Both the position numbers and the translations under genes were made by a program. Of a stretch of 64,000 bases of DNA, positions 36,123 to 46,558 are shown one piece after another. The notes beneath the pieces were generated by a model that ran no database searches, was not told the DNA's origin, and was given only the letters and a program-made list of their open reading frames with translations. The DNA is taken from positions 14,804 to 78,803 of the IMG/VR virus record IMGVR_UViG_3300049595_004693. One strand, 5' to 3'. Positions within the stretch are counted from its first letter, which is position 1; every line of letters begins with the position of its first letter. This DNA comes from a virus.

Positions 36123-37564
36123 TGGAACACCCTACGCAAGGACCTAAAGTTTCTCAAAAAGTGGCTAGAGACATTCTCTGGTCTAAGGGAAACATCGCGT
36201 GGAAGCTCGACCCTCTTCAACAAGAAATCCGCCAAGCGTATTATAAATCCTCTAATAAAATTAACGTATGGTTGATGTCGCGCCGCCTAGGGAAATCACA
36301 CCTACTCTGCGCGCTGGCCATTGAGCAATGCATAAAGAAGCCTGGCAGCATTGTAAAGTATCTTGCTCCCGAAGGTAAGCAAGTTAAGACTATTATTAAG
36401 CCCATTATCAGCGACCTGACCTCGGACTGCCCTAACGATATTAGACCTCAATTTAAAACTCAGGAAATGCTCTATCGCTTTCCTAATGGAAGCGAAATTC
36501 ACTTAGCAGGATCCGATGGGGGAGGAGCCGAGAAGCTTCGAGGTACTAAATCAGATCTATGCATTGTTGACGAAGCCGGTTTCTGTAATGAGCTTAAGTA
36601 TGCCGTAAGAACCATTTTACTCCCGACCATGCTCACTACTGGAGGGAAGATGATTCTGTCTTCAACTCCCCCTTCCGAGCCTGCTCACGAATTCTTGGAC
36701 TTCATTGAAGAGGCTGATGCTAAAGGTACCTTAATTAAAAAAACAGTGGATGAGTGCCCAAGATACACACGGAATTTTATTGAGGCGGAAATCGTGTCTC
36801 AGTATCCTTCTGGTAGACAGGACCCTGAGTTTCGACGAGAATACTTAGTTGAAATTTTAAAGGACGAAAATCTTTCAGTTATCCCAGAATTCACAGAAGA
36901 ATTAGAAAAAAAGATCGTTATTGACGCACCGCTACCACCTTATTATGACGCCTATGTGGCAGCTGACTGGGGAGTATCCGATCTTACAGTGGTATTATTC
37001 GCCTATTTTGACTTTAGAAATTCTAGGGTAGTGATTTTAGATGAACTAATTATGAATGGCGCTAAAATGAACACCTCGGTGTTGGCGGCAGGCATCAAGG
37101 CAAAGGAGGCGGCTCTTTGGCATGATCAATACACCAAAGAACCGAAACCTATATATATGCGCGTTGCAGATAATAATATGCTGCTTATTCAGGATATGCA
37201 AGCTCTACACAATCTAAATTTTCTAGCTACTGAAAAGACGGATAAGCATGGCGCCCTTAATAATTTAAGAATTTTGCTACAGGGAGAGAGAGTCCACATT
37301 CACCCTCGCTGCACCACTCTAAGAACACACCTTAAGTACGCCACTTGGGATAAGAATCGACGCACTTACAAACGTAGTGGACAACACGGTCACTACGACG
37401 CTATTGACGCACTAAGCTATCTTATTAGAAACATCGTCTGGTCGCATAACCCCTATCCTAAAGAAAGCTTTGGGGAGAACGTCTTTATAAATGAGTCGAA
37501 AAAACCAGAGGTTACGGCTGCAGTGACTCAGATTAAGAACATATTCCGCGTGCGCAGAGGTTAA
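36122..37564 (+). CDS. terL: terminase large subunit
   Basis: Walker A SRRLGKS, LRG, Walker B IVDEAG, SSTP, FRREY, nuclease ADWG and YDAIDA. Confidence 0.95.
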   Translation: MEHPTQGPKVSQKVARDILWSKGNIAWKLDPLQQEIRQAYYKSSNKINVWLMSRRLGKSHLLCALAIEQCIKKPGSIVKYLAPEGKQVKTIIKPIISDLTSDCPNDIRPQFKTQEMLYRFPNGSEIHLAGSDGGGAEKLRGTKSDLCIVDEAGFCNELKYAVRTILLPTMLTTGGKMILSSTPPSEPAHEFLDFIEEADAKGTLIKKTVDECPRYTRNFIEAEIVSQYPSGRQDPEFRREYLVEILKDENLSVIPEFTEELEKKIVIDAPLPPYYDAYVAADWGVSDLTVVLFAYFDFRNSRVVILDELIMNGAKMNTSVLAAGIKAKEAALWHDQYTKEPKPIYMRVADNNMLLIQDMQALHNLNFLATEKTDKHGALNNLRILLQGERVHIHPRCTTLRTHLKYATWDKNRRTYKRSGQHGHYDAIDALSYLIRNIVWSHNPYPKESFGENVFINESKKPEVTAAVTQIKNIFRVRRG

Positions 37565-37571
37565 CAAGTTA
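37562..37571 (+). promoter_or_regulatory. late-promoter motif TAACAAGTTA (portal)
   Basis: Exact 10-mer followed 5 nt later by AGGAG. Confidence 0.75.
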
Positions 37572-37586
37572 ACTTAGGAGATTGTA

Positions 37587-39596
37587 ATGGCCAAAGACCA
37601 ATATTTTGCAGCCAAGCCTGCTAAAGAGTGCGTTGCTGTTCTTGAAAGCAAAGCTTCTACCCATTACACTATTGTAAACACCTCAAACTATCTTAACAAA
37701 GTTCGACGTAGTTGGCGATATTATCACGGTGCTTTTAATAGCGACGTAGGTGAGGGGCATCAGATCTCCTTTTCTGGAGAACAAGGCGAAATTGCTCAAC
37801 TTTCCATCAATCACTACCGCAATATTGCACAACACATTCTTCAGATGATTACGGCCTCGCGTCCCTCATTAGAGGCGCGCGCAGTCAATACAGACTACAA
37901 GTCCCTCGTTCAAGCTACTCTTGCAAACGGACTTCTTGATTACTACATGCGAGAAAAAAAGCTAGAGATGTATCTTAAGAGCGCCGTCGAGTACGCGGTG
38001 GTTCTAGGCGCAGGGTACATCAAGATGGAGTGGAACGCTACGGGCGGAGAGGCATTTGAATTCAACGAAGAAACCAATACTCCTATTTACGAAGGGGACG
38101 TTGAGTTTTCTAATTTAAGTCCCTTTGACGTTTACTACGACGTTAATAAAAATAACGCCAATTTTGATTGGATTATTGTACGCTCGTTTAAGAACAAGTA
38201 CGACCTAATGGCTAAGTACCCCGAAATGGCTGACGACATTTCAGCCGTAGGGTCAAATCAAGAATTCTTTAAGTTTAATATTCTTCCTGGTTATGACGAC
38301 ACTGACGACGTGCCAGTATATGAGTTTTTCCACAAGCGTACTGAGGCCATGCCGGAAGGTCGTTATGTGTTGTATCTCAGCTCAAACGTGATCCTGGCTG
38401 ACGCCCCGATGCCTTATCGAAGACTGCCGGTGTTTATGATCGCTCCCAGCACTATTCTGGGCACCCCGCTCGGCTACACCCCAATGTTTGACCTTCTCCC
38501 TATTCAGGAATCGGTCAATTCGCTATACACCACCATCTTGACTAACCAAAATGCGTTTGGTGTGCAAAACGTGCTCCTTCCTCGTGGATCCGACATCGTA
38601 GTGCAAAATCTTCAAGGTGGCCTAAACGTCATTGAGTATAACTCGCAAGCAGGTCGCCCAGAGCCGCTTAACCTCACAAATACTCCGCAAGAGGTGTTTG
38701 CTTTCTTAGCCACCCTGGAAAAGCAAATGGAAACCGTATCGGGGGTGTCTTCTGTTACTCGCGGAAACCCAGAGTCCTCTTTGAAGTCAGGTAACGCTCT
38801 AGCGCTCGTTCAAAGCATGAGCTTGCAGTTTATGTCCGGACTTCAGCAATCATACGTAATGATGATTGAGAGTGTGGGTACAGCGTTGATTGAGATGCTT
38901 AAGGACTTTGCTGCGGCTCCTCGTGTGGCGGCTATTGTAGGTAAGTCCAATCGTACCGAGCTTCGTCAATTTAAAGGTGACGATCTTTCTCAGATTTCTC
39001 GCGTTGTCGTAGATTTAGGCAATCCTCTGGCTCGCACGACAGCCGGTCGGGTAGAAATGGCGCAACAGCTTCTTCAAATGCAAGCCGTAACTACCCCTCA
39101 ACAATATCTCCAAATCCTAAACACAGGCAAGCTAGAAGTTATGACCGAAGACACTACTTCTCAGCTTATGAACATGCGTTCAGAGAATGAGCGGCTTACT
39201 GAGGGGCTTACTGTTGCGGCCATTGTTACAGACAATCATTCGCTGCACGTAAAAGAGCATTCCGTAATTTTGAATGATCCTATTCTTAGAGAAGACCCCG
39301 AGCTTGTTGCCCGCGTATTAGGACACATTCAAGAACACATTGATCTGCTTAAAAATGCAGATCCTGACGTACTTACTATGACTGGTCAACAACCTCTTGC
39401 TCCACCTTCTGCACCACCAGCACCCAACGCACAGCCTGGTCCTGGCCCCGGAGGTCCGATTGATACGCCTACGGAAATTTTAAACAATCCAGATCTTGCG
39501 GCACCAGAAATGGCGCAGGATGTGCAAGTGCCGGCTCCAGCAACTCCTCCTGGAGAATTTGAAAACCTGCCCACTAACCCAGCAGAGATGATCTAA
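37587..39596 (+). CDS. portal protein (podovirus/P22-like)
   Basis: 669 aa after TerL; LSINHYRNI, LSPFDVYYD, SGVSSVTRG, Pro-rich tail. Confidence 0.88.
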   Translation: MAKDQYFAAKPAKECVAVLESKASTHYTIVNTSNYLNKVRRSWRYYHGAFNSDVGEGHQISFSGEQGEIAQLSINHYRNIAQHILQMITASRPSLEARAVNTDYKSLVQATLANGLLDYYMREKKLEMYLKSAVEYAVVLGAGYIKMEWNATGGEAFEFNEETNTPIYEGDVEFSNLSPFDVYYDVNKNNANFDWIIVRSFKNKYDLMAKYPEMADDISAVGSNQEFFKFNILPGYDDTDDVPVYEFFHKRTEAMPEGRYVLYLSSNVILADAPMPYRRLPVFMIAPSTILGTPLGYTPMFDLLPIQESVNSLYTTILTNQNAFGVQNVLLPRGSDIVVQNLQGGLNVIEYNSQAGRPEPLNLTNTPQEVFAFLATLEKQMETVSGVSSVTRGNPESSLKSGNALALVQSMSLQFMSGLQQSYVMMIESVGTALIEMLKDFAAAPRVAAIVGKSNRTELRQFKGDDLSQISRVVVDLGNPLARTTAGRVEMAQQLLQMQAVTTPQQYLQILNTGKLEVMTEDTTSQLMNMRSENERLTEGLTVAAIVTDNHSLHVKEHSVILNDPILREDPELVARVLGHIQEHIDLLKNADPDVLTMTGQQPLAPPSAPPAPNAQPGPGPGGPIDTPTEILNNPDLAAPEMAQDVQVPAPATPPGEFENLPTNPAEMI

Positions 39597-39853
39597 TGGC
39601 TTATGATAAGTTAAAGAAAAAGTTTAACTTAAAGGCCGAGCATAAAAGTGATGCGGGCGGCCTCACCGAAAAAGGACGTAAGGCTTATAATCGAGCCACT
39701 GGATCTAACTTAAAAGCTCCTCAACCTGAGGGCGGCGCCAGAAGAAACTCTTTTTGTGCTAGAATGGGCGGAGCTAAAAAAGATCACGAGATCGACTGCA
39801 GGAAAGATCCTGAAAAGCGTATATGTAAGGCGCTAAGGCGTTGGAACTGCTAA
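39596..39853 (+). CDS. small basic conserved phage protein
   Basis: GGLTEKGRKAYN..TGSNLKAP...RRNSFCARM...RRWNC, a widespread phage family pattern. Confidence 0.8.
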   Translation: MAYDKLKKKFNLKAEHKSDAGGLTEKGRKAYNRATGSNLKAPQPEGGARRNSFCARMGGAKKDHEIDCRKDPEKRICKALRRWNC

Positions 39854-39854
39854 T

Positions 39855-39864
39855 TAACAAGTTA
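39855..39864 (+). promoter_or_regulatory. late-promoter motif TAACAAGTTA
   Basis: Exact 10-mer followed by AGAGG. Confidence 0.75.
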
Positions 39865-39877
39865 AACTAGAGGTTAA

Positions 39878-40645
39878 ATGCCGGGCCCTAATGCACCATA
39901 TACAGAATTGGATTCTAATCAAGTCATAAAACAAGTTTATGACGAGGCTGGCGACCGTTTACGAGTTGATGCAGTTGTTTCAGCCACCATTGGCGACGTG
40001 ATCATTGACGCCGAAGAGTCCGATATTGCTATTAAAGATAGAGTTACAGATAACCTTCTTAAGATTAACAATGATGGTTCTATTGATGCCAATGTAGTTG
40101 TTTCTGCTTCTGGAGGCGATAATATCGCTATCTCGGATGGCACGGACACCCTTGAAATTAATTCTGATGGCTCAATAAACGTAAAAATTAGTGATGTATT
40201 AGCTGTATCTGGCAACGTGTCAGCGGATATTGAAGTATCGGCTTCTGATGGAGATAATATTGCTATCTCCGATGGAATTAATACTCTTCAAATTAATTCA
40301 GACGGTTCTATTAATGTTCAAATTCCAAATACTGTAGCAGTTTCTGGTAATTTATCTGTAAGTGCTGTATTATCAAATGAACCTATTAAAGCTAGTGGAA
40401 CAATTGATGGATCAGTTACGGGGCAGGAATTTGGTTTAGTATATAACTTAAGACAACAAGTACTTGCCTCACATGATAGAATTGATACATACACATACGC
40501 TGACTTTGGCACCAAAAATCAAAGAATTACAAGAGTTGACTACACTAGTGCTACTTTTTCGAGCATTACTGTAAGAAGAGAGTTTAATTACGTTTTAGAC
40601 GGTAATAGATATAGGAGAACAACCAGTCCTTGGACTGTTGTGTAA
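39878..40645 (+). CDS. virion fibre or decoration protein with internal repeats
   Basis: Three L.IN.DGSI.(V/A) repeats; N-terminal LD..QV...YD motif. Confidence 0.7.
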   Translation: MPGPNAPYTELDSNQVIKQVYDEAGDRLRVDAVVSATIGDVIIDAEESDIAIKDRVTDNLLKINNDGSIDANVVVSASGGDNIAISDGTDTLEINSDGSINVKISDVLAVSGNVSADIEVSASDGDNIAISDGINTLQINSDGSINVQIPNTVAVSGNLSVSAVLSNEPIKASGTIDGSVTGQEFGLVYNLRQQVLASHDRIDTYTYADFGTKNQRITRVDYTSATFSSITVRREFNYVLDGNRYRRTTSPWTVV

Positions 40646-40655
40646 GGAGTAGAAA

Positions 40656-42998
40656 ATGAAACTTTTAGATGCACAGTTATTAGCAAACACAGGAACATCC
40701 TACGACCAAACTCGCACGACTCTTGCGGGCCGCGTAACTCAGCGCACAATTGATTCAAAGCCTGTTCTTGGGCCAAGTCCCACGCGCTTCCTTGACGTGT
40801 TCTCGGATACTGCGGGCGCTTTCACTCCGATCACGACGATGTTCGCAACCGATAACGGACGACTGTTTATGATCGGTGCGATTGCGGGTGGTGCGCTTCC
40901 TGTCGTGCTTTATGAAATCAATCAATCGACTGGTGTTCACACTTACGTTGGCCGTATCAATATTTCGATTCCATCCTCTCCGGCAATCGTACACACGATC
41001 CGCTCGATCAAGGCGATTGATACTGGAACAACCGGGTGGAAAATTTATGTAATTGCGACTGGTACCGTTCTATTTGGTGGATCTGGCGTGTTGCTTGCGA
41101 ATAACATTGCAAAGGCTGACTTCTCGCAAGTTTCTCCACCATTAATTCCTTTCGCTACAGGAAACAACCAGAAAGCAGTGTACCAATTGGGGCGACTTGC
41201 CTCACTCACTTCTCGTTCGTTTACGATCACGCTCGGAACTCCTGTAAAGTTCAATTTCACCTCTCATGGTTTTAGCAACAACGACCAGGTTTATTTCACT
41301 TCTCAAGTAGGCTCGGCGTGGACTGCCTCGACATTTGCCGTCAACACGAAATACTTCGTGCGTAACGCATCGGCGAACGATTTTGAATTGTCGGCAACTT
41401 ATAACGGCGCATCGATTGGTGCTGCCGCTGGACCGACTTCTGTGGTGCTTCAGCCACTCAATCAAGAAATCGACGCATTCGGCGCAATTATCGACACGGC
41501 GGCGAACAGACTATATACGCATGTCGGTACTGCTGCGAACCCACAATACTTTGTCCGTGATACAAGCGTAAGCCCAACTTACTCGACGTTAACGGTCGAT
41601 GTAACCTCAGGAACTCCCGCAAAGATTGGCTTGGTTGGTCATGGACTGACTGAAAACGAGCCTGTTCAATTCTTGGCTGGATCTCTCCCCGCCGCGTTTG
41701 CGCTCAACACAACGTATTTCGTTCGTAACCCTTCCGCAAACGACTTTGAACTATCGGCAACCGCTGGCGGTGCTTCGATTAACGCAGTTACGACTTCTCT
41801 CGCTGTAACGCTTGGAAAAGCATTCGGATACACAAATAGTCAATGGCTACATAAGACGCAAATCCTTCCAGCTATTGCTGGTACTTTGCTTTCATCAACG
41901 GACGTAGATGCAATTGCTACACCGACGAATGCGCCACTAAACGGCGGAGTGCTTAACGGACAGAAGTGCGCTTTCTTTGCGACCTCTACCAACCTTTACT
42001 TGGGCCGATTAGATGAACTGACCTCTGAAACCACAACCTGGCCAAGCCTTACGACCTCAAATATGTTAGGGCTTCCCTCGCAAATTGTTGCGCCAGTTGT
42101 AGTCACCGCATCTTGGTCTGACGCTCTTGATTCTGCAATCGTTCTTATTGGTTCTGCATCAACAAACGCTTTCAGGTTCATGCTTAAGAAAGTTGAAAAT
42201 AACAAATTGACCGCGTTGTTCGGTGATTATTGCATGGAGTTTTACGAGACAACCACAAGAGAAGCGTATGAGTTGCGGCCATCAGCGCCTTACCTTAACT
42301 TCACCAACAATTCTGGTTGGATTTTTGCTCTAGGTTCGGCAATCGGGCAGAGAGGCGTTTTTGCAACTGACGTAAGATCAGATTCTTTATTTGATCATAG
42401 CTACGTTATTTCCAAAGTTTTAACGCTGCCACAAAATTCTGTCATCAAGTCAGTTCACATTGAAAAGGAACTTGTTAGAACGGGTGGAGAGATCAAAGTG
42501 GAGTATCGGTTGAGCGGATTTGGCTCCATCTCTGGCGGATGGATTGAACTTGATGCAGACCAAGAGCTTACCATCGTAGCTGGAACGCAGGTGCAATTTA
42601 AACTAAGTTTTAAAACGCACACGTTCGACAGAACGAGTCACGCTCAAGTGGCAGATGTCCTAATAGGATATGAAGCTGGCGAAGAGTTGTCTGACAATTG
42701 GGAATACAGCTACGATGATTCGTCTAGCGGTTCTCCTACTCGCTCCGCTTTCCGCTTGAAGCAGGCTTATGCGACTAGCGTGCCATTGACCCTAGCATTC
42801 CGCGCATACGACTTGAGCGGTGTGCTTCTCGTGGATCACGACATTACGAATGAAGCCGCAAACTTCCAGTATTCGACCGATGGCGGAACAACCTGGCTCG
42901 CGCTCGGTACGATTCCAAATACGGTAGGAACTTTGATTCGATACACGTTCCTAAGCCCTCCTGGAGTGGATATCCGCCCAAGCCTAAAGGATAGCTAA
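40656..42998 (+). CDS. large beta-rich virion protein
   Basis: 780 aa; duplicated HG(F/L)..N..V.F...FA.NT.YFVRN.SANDFELSAT.(G)GASI domain. Confidence 0.75.
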   Translation: MKLLDAQLLANTGTSYDQTRTTLAGRVTQRTIDSKPVLGPSPTRFLDVFSDTAGAFTPITTMFATDNGRLFMIGAIAGGALPVVLYEINQSTGVHTYVGRINISIPSSPAIVHTIRSIKAIDTGTTGWKIYVIATGTVLFGGSGVLLANNIAKADFSQVSPPLIPFATGNNQKAVYQLGRLASLTSRSFTITLGTPVKFNFTSHGFSNNDQVYFTSQVGSAWTASTFAVNTKYFVRNASANDFELSATYNGASIGAAAGPTSVVLQPLNQEIDAFGAIIDTAANRLYTHVGTAANPQYFVRDTSVSPTYSTLTVDVTSGTPAKIGLVGHGLTENEPVQFLAGSLPAAFALNTTYFVRNPSANDFELSATAGGASINAVTTSLAVTLGKAFGYTNSQWLHKTQILPAIAGTLLSSTDVDAIATPTNAPLNGGVLNGQKCAFFATSTNLYLGRLDELTSETTTWPSLTTSNMLGLPSQIVAPVVVTASWSDALDSAIVLIGSASTNAFRFMLKKVENNKLTALFGDYCMEFYETTTREAYELRPSAPYLNFTNNSGWIFALGSAIGQRGVFATDVRSDSLFDHSYVISKVLTLPQNSVIKSVHIEKELVRTGGEIKVEYRLSGFGSISGGWIELDADQELTIVAGTQVQFKLSFKTHTFDRTSHAQVADVLIGYEAGEELSDNWEYSYDDSSSGSPTRSAFRLKQAYATSVPLTLAFRAYDLSGVLLVDHDITNEAANFQYSTDGGTTWLALGTIPNTVGTLIRYTFLSPPGVDIRPSLKDS

Positions 42999-44083
42999 TG
43001 AGCAATCAACTAACGATTGGTCCTATAATTCAAGGAACCAGCCTGTATGGACCAATCCTCAATCAGCTTGTGACAGGAGGTAGCTTTCAATCAAGCTCGC
43101 AAGCATGTATTGTTGATCTTATACCGCCTACATTTGCTGGAATTAATTTTATTGGTAGAGGAGCGTTGGGACAATTACGAGCATCTTGGTTAGCGGCTAC
43201 AGATACAACCGCTCCAATATCTTATGAAGTATATGTAGAAGCTGAGCCAGCAGCTAGTCTGTTTAATACAGCAAATATAGCCTTGGTTACAAAAAGTTTA
43301 CAAACAGATATTTTTGTTCTATCTAATGGAACTTTGCTACAATCTGGAGTTAAATACTATGTTGGCGTTAGGGCAGTGGACGGTGTAGGTAATCGAGATA
43401 GTAATACTATTTCTCAGTTTCAAACTAGCCCTGGAATTACTGGCGCAACAAATGCAAGAATTGATGGCGTTTTTGCGGTAAACACAAACAATCAACTTAT
43501 CGCTAGTTTTTGGGTTAATGATAATGATGGCACTATTAGTAATCCCTCTCGTCTTGGTTTAGCTAGCTATGTAATTTATGATCAAAACGGAAATCTTATA
43601 CCAAGCATGAGCGAAAATAATATCGCGTCTGATAGCGAAGGATTTTTTGAAATTACTCCTGTAAATTCAGTGCTTGATTTAGATAATACATATTATACTG
43701 TTAAGGTTACAATTCTTGTTGATTCTATACCTATAGTATATAATTTACCAATTACGTATCCAGAGTCAGGTCCTCACTATGAACCACGAGCTATTTTTTC
43801 TATTAATGCGGCAAACCAGCTTCAAGCTACTATTTGGTGTGTAAAAGATGGAGAATTAATTACTAATTCTTTAGGCACAGCTAGTTTTACAATCTATGAT
43901 AAAGAAGGAAATAGTATAGGAATTGCTCAATCGGGTCTTACTCCAGATTTAAATGGATATTATGAAATTTCTCCGGTTAGTGCAGTGCCTATTACCGATT
44001 TAACCCATTATATTGTTAAGATCACGATAAACGCTTCTGGACAAAATAGAGTTGGAACGGTTGGCATCACTTTAGGTGAATAA
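42998..44083 (+). CDS. FN3/Ig-like domain virion protein
   Basis: DLIPPTFAG..ASW.AATD...YYVGVRAVDGVGNRD plus two repeated beta domains. Confidence 0.75.
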   Translation: MSNQLTIGPIIQGTSLYGPILNQLVTGGSFQSSSQACIVDLIPPTFAGINFIGRGALGQLRASWLAATDTTAPISYEVYVEAEPAASLFNTANIALVTKSLQTDIFVLSNGTLLQSGVKYYVGVRAVDGVGNRDSNTISQFQTSPGITGATNARIDGVFAVNTNNQLIASFWVNDNDGTISNPSRLGLASYVIYDQNGNLIPSMSENNIASDSEGFFEITPVNSVLDLDNTYYTVKVTILVDSIPIVYNLPITYPESGPHYEPRAIFSINAANQLQATIWCVKDGELITNSLGTASFTIYDKEGNSIGIAQSGLTPDLNGYYEISPVSAVPITDLTHYIVKITINASGQNRVGTVGITLGE

Positions 44084-44631
44084 TGGCAACAAGACGGACT
44101 CGCCTTACAATAAATAATGAGTACGTGCAACCGCTTAAGCTGGGAATGGGAAGAAAGCTTGTTTTAACTCCTTCCGCAAGTTATAACTCAATTCTTTTTA
44201 CACAAGAACATAGAGGACATAGTCCTACTTTAAATAATATTAAAGTTTGGGCAAAATTTAATACAAGCACATTTGATGGAATTCAAATGATCGCTTGGCT
44301 AGAAGATAAAGATAAAGAGATAATCACGACAGCTTCTTGTGAATTTAAAGTATATTATATAGATACTACGAATAATTGGGACGAAACTCTTATTTTTATA
44401 GGATCAGGAACAGCTTCAGGATTACGTTGGATTTCTTCTCCTAGTCAATCTGATCTAGGTTCGAGCAACGAGTTAGATGGAGAACGCACTATTATGATAC
44501 AGGCCACCATGTTAAGGTGGGGACGTACATATAAAAATAAAATTTATATTAACCATCTGGGTGTGTACGACAGTATTGTTCGGCTTAAAAATGATATAGA
44601 GTTTTTAGACATAAGCAAACAAGATATTTAA
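44083..44631 (+). CDS. hypothetical protein
   Basis: TAATG-coupled ORF. Confidence 0.7.
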   Translation: MATRRTRLTINNEYVQPLKLGMGRKLVLTPSASYNSILFTQEHRGHSPTLNNIKVWAKFNTSTFDGIQMIAWLEDKDKEIITTASCEFKVYYIDTTNNWDETLIFIGSGTASGLRWISSPSQSDLGSSNELDGERTIMIQATMLRWGRTYKNKIYINHLGVYDSIVRLKNDIEFLDISKQDI

Positions 44632-44654
44632 ATTATATTTTTTTAAAAAAGGAA

Positions 44655-44789
44655 ATGCTAGTGGCTAAACACGAGGGACATAGTAGATTAATATCTAAGC
44701 CTAGACTAACCAAAGATAATAAACTTGGTATTATTTCCGTATTTTTGCACATTGTCACTATAGGTTTACTAATATATAACTTATTGTAG
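44655..44789 (+). CDS. 44-aa peptide with C-terminal TM helix
   Basis: Manual translation MLVAKHEGH...GIISVFLHIVTIGLLIYNLL. Confidence 0.35.
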   Translation: MLVAKHEGHSRLISKPRLTKDNKLGIISVFLHIVTIGLLIYNLL

Positions 44790-44801
44790 TTTTTGAACAA
44801 T

Positions 44802-44811
44802 TAACAAGTTA
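44802..44811 (+). promoter_or_regulatory. late-promoter motif TAACAAGTTA
   Basis: Exact 10-mer followed by AGAGG. Confidence 0.75.
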
Positions 44812-44825
44812 TAGCAGAGGATAGT

Positions 44826-45182
44826 ATGGATCAAGTAAAAAAACGAACACTTCAACAAGTACTTAATCAACAAAAAAATATTGAAAACTACATTCAAGGA
44901 AAAGATGTAGCTCTTTCAAAACTATCTGAAGCGGAACGAACGAACCCTTTAATTTATAAAGGGGTTACAGAGATGGATCCAGAAATAACTCGCAAAACTC
45001 AACTAAACGAAAACAATATTAATAGACTTAATATTTTAGCAGATATGGACAGATCTTCGGCATCTCTAGAGGAATTACAAGCCCGAGCCGCTGCTAAAGC
45101 TGAAGCTGAACGTTATCCCGAGCTTCGCAAACGCCTTCGACATCGCGTAGAATCTTTTCCTGCTATCGTAAACGACGAGTAA
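44826..45182 (+). CDS. hypothetical late protein
   Basis: ORF with SD behind the late motif. Confidence 0.7.
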   Translation: MDQVKKRTLQQVLNQQKNIENYIQGKDVALSKLSEAERTNPLIYKGVTEMDPEITRKTQLNENNINRLNILADMDRSSASLEELQARAAAKAEAERYPELRKRLRHRVESFPAIVNDE

Positions 45183-45266
45183 AGTTTTGCCTTAAGATGA
45201 GGCAGAAGCGGCATCCAATAACGGACCCGCAATCCACTATATCCTATAGGACTATTGGAGTATAAC

Positions 45267-46208
45267 ATGAGTGAAATCCTTCCCACCTCGGCTCCCGCCG
45301 AGACTGCGTCCGAATCCGCTAACGAACAAGTAGAACAACAAGAACAAGAATTAGGTCAAGAGACCGCGGCTCCCGCCGCGTCCACAGAGCCCACCAAAGA
45401 AGAAATCAAGGAGCTTAAAAAGCGCCTTAAGATTAAGGTGGACGGCGAAGAGTTTGAAGAAGAAATCGACCTCGCTGACGAAGAAGGGCTCAAGCGCCAC
45501 CTTCAGATGTCTAAAGTAGCTCAGAAGCGCATGCAGGAGTTTAGCTCCCTTCGTAAAGAAGTAGAAGATTTCGTGGGTGCCATGAAAGACCCGAAACAGG
45601 CACGCGCCATTATGCGCGAACTGGGCCTCAATGAGCGAGAACTTGCCGAGTTGATTATCAATGATGCTATTGAGGAGTCGAAGAAGACACCTGAACAGCT
45701 TGCTATGGAGAAGATTGAGCAAGAAAAAGAAAAGCTTCGTAAGGAGCTTGATGCCATTAAGAAAGAAAAAGAAGAGAGTGAACTTCGCGCTAAGCAGGAG
45801 CGTTTCGAGAAGGAACTCGAAAACGAAATGATTACGGCGATTGACAAAGCAGGAGTACCTGTGTCTCCTTACATGATTAAGCGTACGGCAGACTTTATGT
45901 CTCTAGCTTTGGAAAATAATATCAAGTTGAGCCCAGCAGAGATTCTTCCTTTAGTAATCTCCGAAGTTAAGGGTGATATTAAAAAGCTCGTTGCCGACAT
46001 GCCTGACGAAGTTCTTGAGGAATACCTCACAAAAGATCGCCTTTCTAACTATCGTAAGAAGGCTATCGCTAAGGCTAAGGAAGTGGCACAGGCGGTGGGT
46101 CAATCTCAAGTCAAGGCCACGGGTCAGTCTGAGCTTAAGACCAAAGAAGAAAAAGCTGCGAAAGATGAGCCGAAGAAAATGTCAGTCCGTGACTGGTTAA
46201 AAAGCTAA
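45267..46208 (+). CDS. capsid scaffolding protein
   Basis: Acidic N-terminus, KIKVDGEE motif, coiled coils; directly upstream of the capsid gene; ATG 45267 with GGAG. Confidence 0.85.
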   Translation: MSEILPTSAPAETASESANEQVEQQEQELGQETAAPAASTEPTKEEIKELKKRLKIKVDGEEFEEEIDLADEEGLKRHLQMSKVAQKRMQEFSSLRKEVEDFVGAMKDPKQARAIMRELGLNERELAELIINDAIEESKKTPEQLAMEKIEQEKEKLRKELDAIKKEKEESELRAKQERFEKELENEMITAIDKAGVPVSPYMIKRTADFMSLALENNIKLSPAEILPLVISEVKGDIKKLVADMPDEVLEEYLTKDRLSNYRKKAIAKAKEVAQAVGQSQVKATGQSELKTKEEKAAKDEPKKMSVRDWLKS

Positions 46209-46231
46209 ATAATTACAAATAGTTATATACT

Positions 46232-46269
46232 AGGGATTACTGTATTTTTGCAGTAATCCCTTTTATTTT
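46232..46269 (+). terminator. intrinsic terminator
   Basis: GGGATTACTG/CAGTAATCCC stem followed by a T-tract. Confidence 0.8.
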
Positions 46270-46278
46270 AACAAGTTA
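46269..46278 (+). promoter_or_regulatory. late-promoter motif TAACAAGTTA (major capsid gene)
   Basis: Exact 10-mer right after the terminator. Confidence 0.75.
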
Positions 46279-46408
46279 GATTAGATAAAGACTTCTGCTT
46301 TATTTCCGGGGGACGCGAGAGCTATCCGCTGAGCTTATAAAGGGAATATCTAGTAATCAAATAATCGTATCAATAGAATAATTTCATTTTTACTTTAAGG
46401 AGTAAACA

Positions 46409-46558
46409 ATGGCTACTGCAAATACTATGGATACCCTTAACGGCCTGTTTAAGGAAGTCTACGCTGACAAAGTTGAGCGTTTGATTCCTGAAGGTCTTAA
46501 GCTGTATTCTGCTGTTCCCTTCGTCGGCAAAGAAAAAATGCCAGGAAACAACTACCAT
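46409..46558 (+). CDS. major capsid protein, exon 1 (50 aa)
   Basis: TAAGGAG SD; MATANTMDTLNGLFKEVYAD...PGNNYH then TAA at the intron start. Confidence 0.88.
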
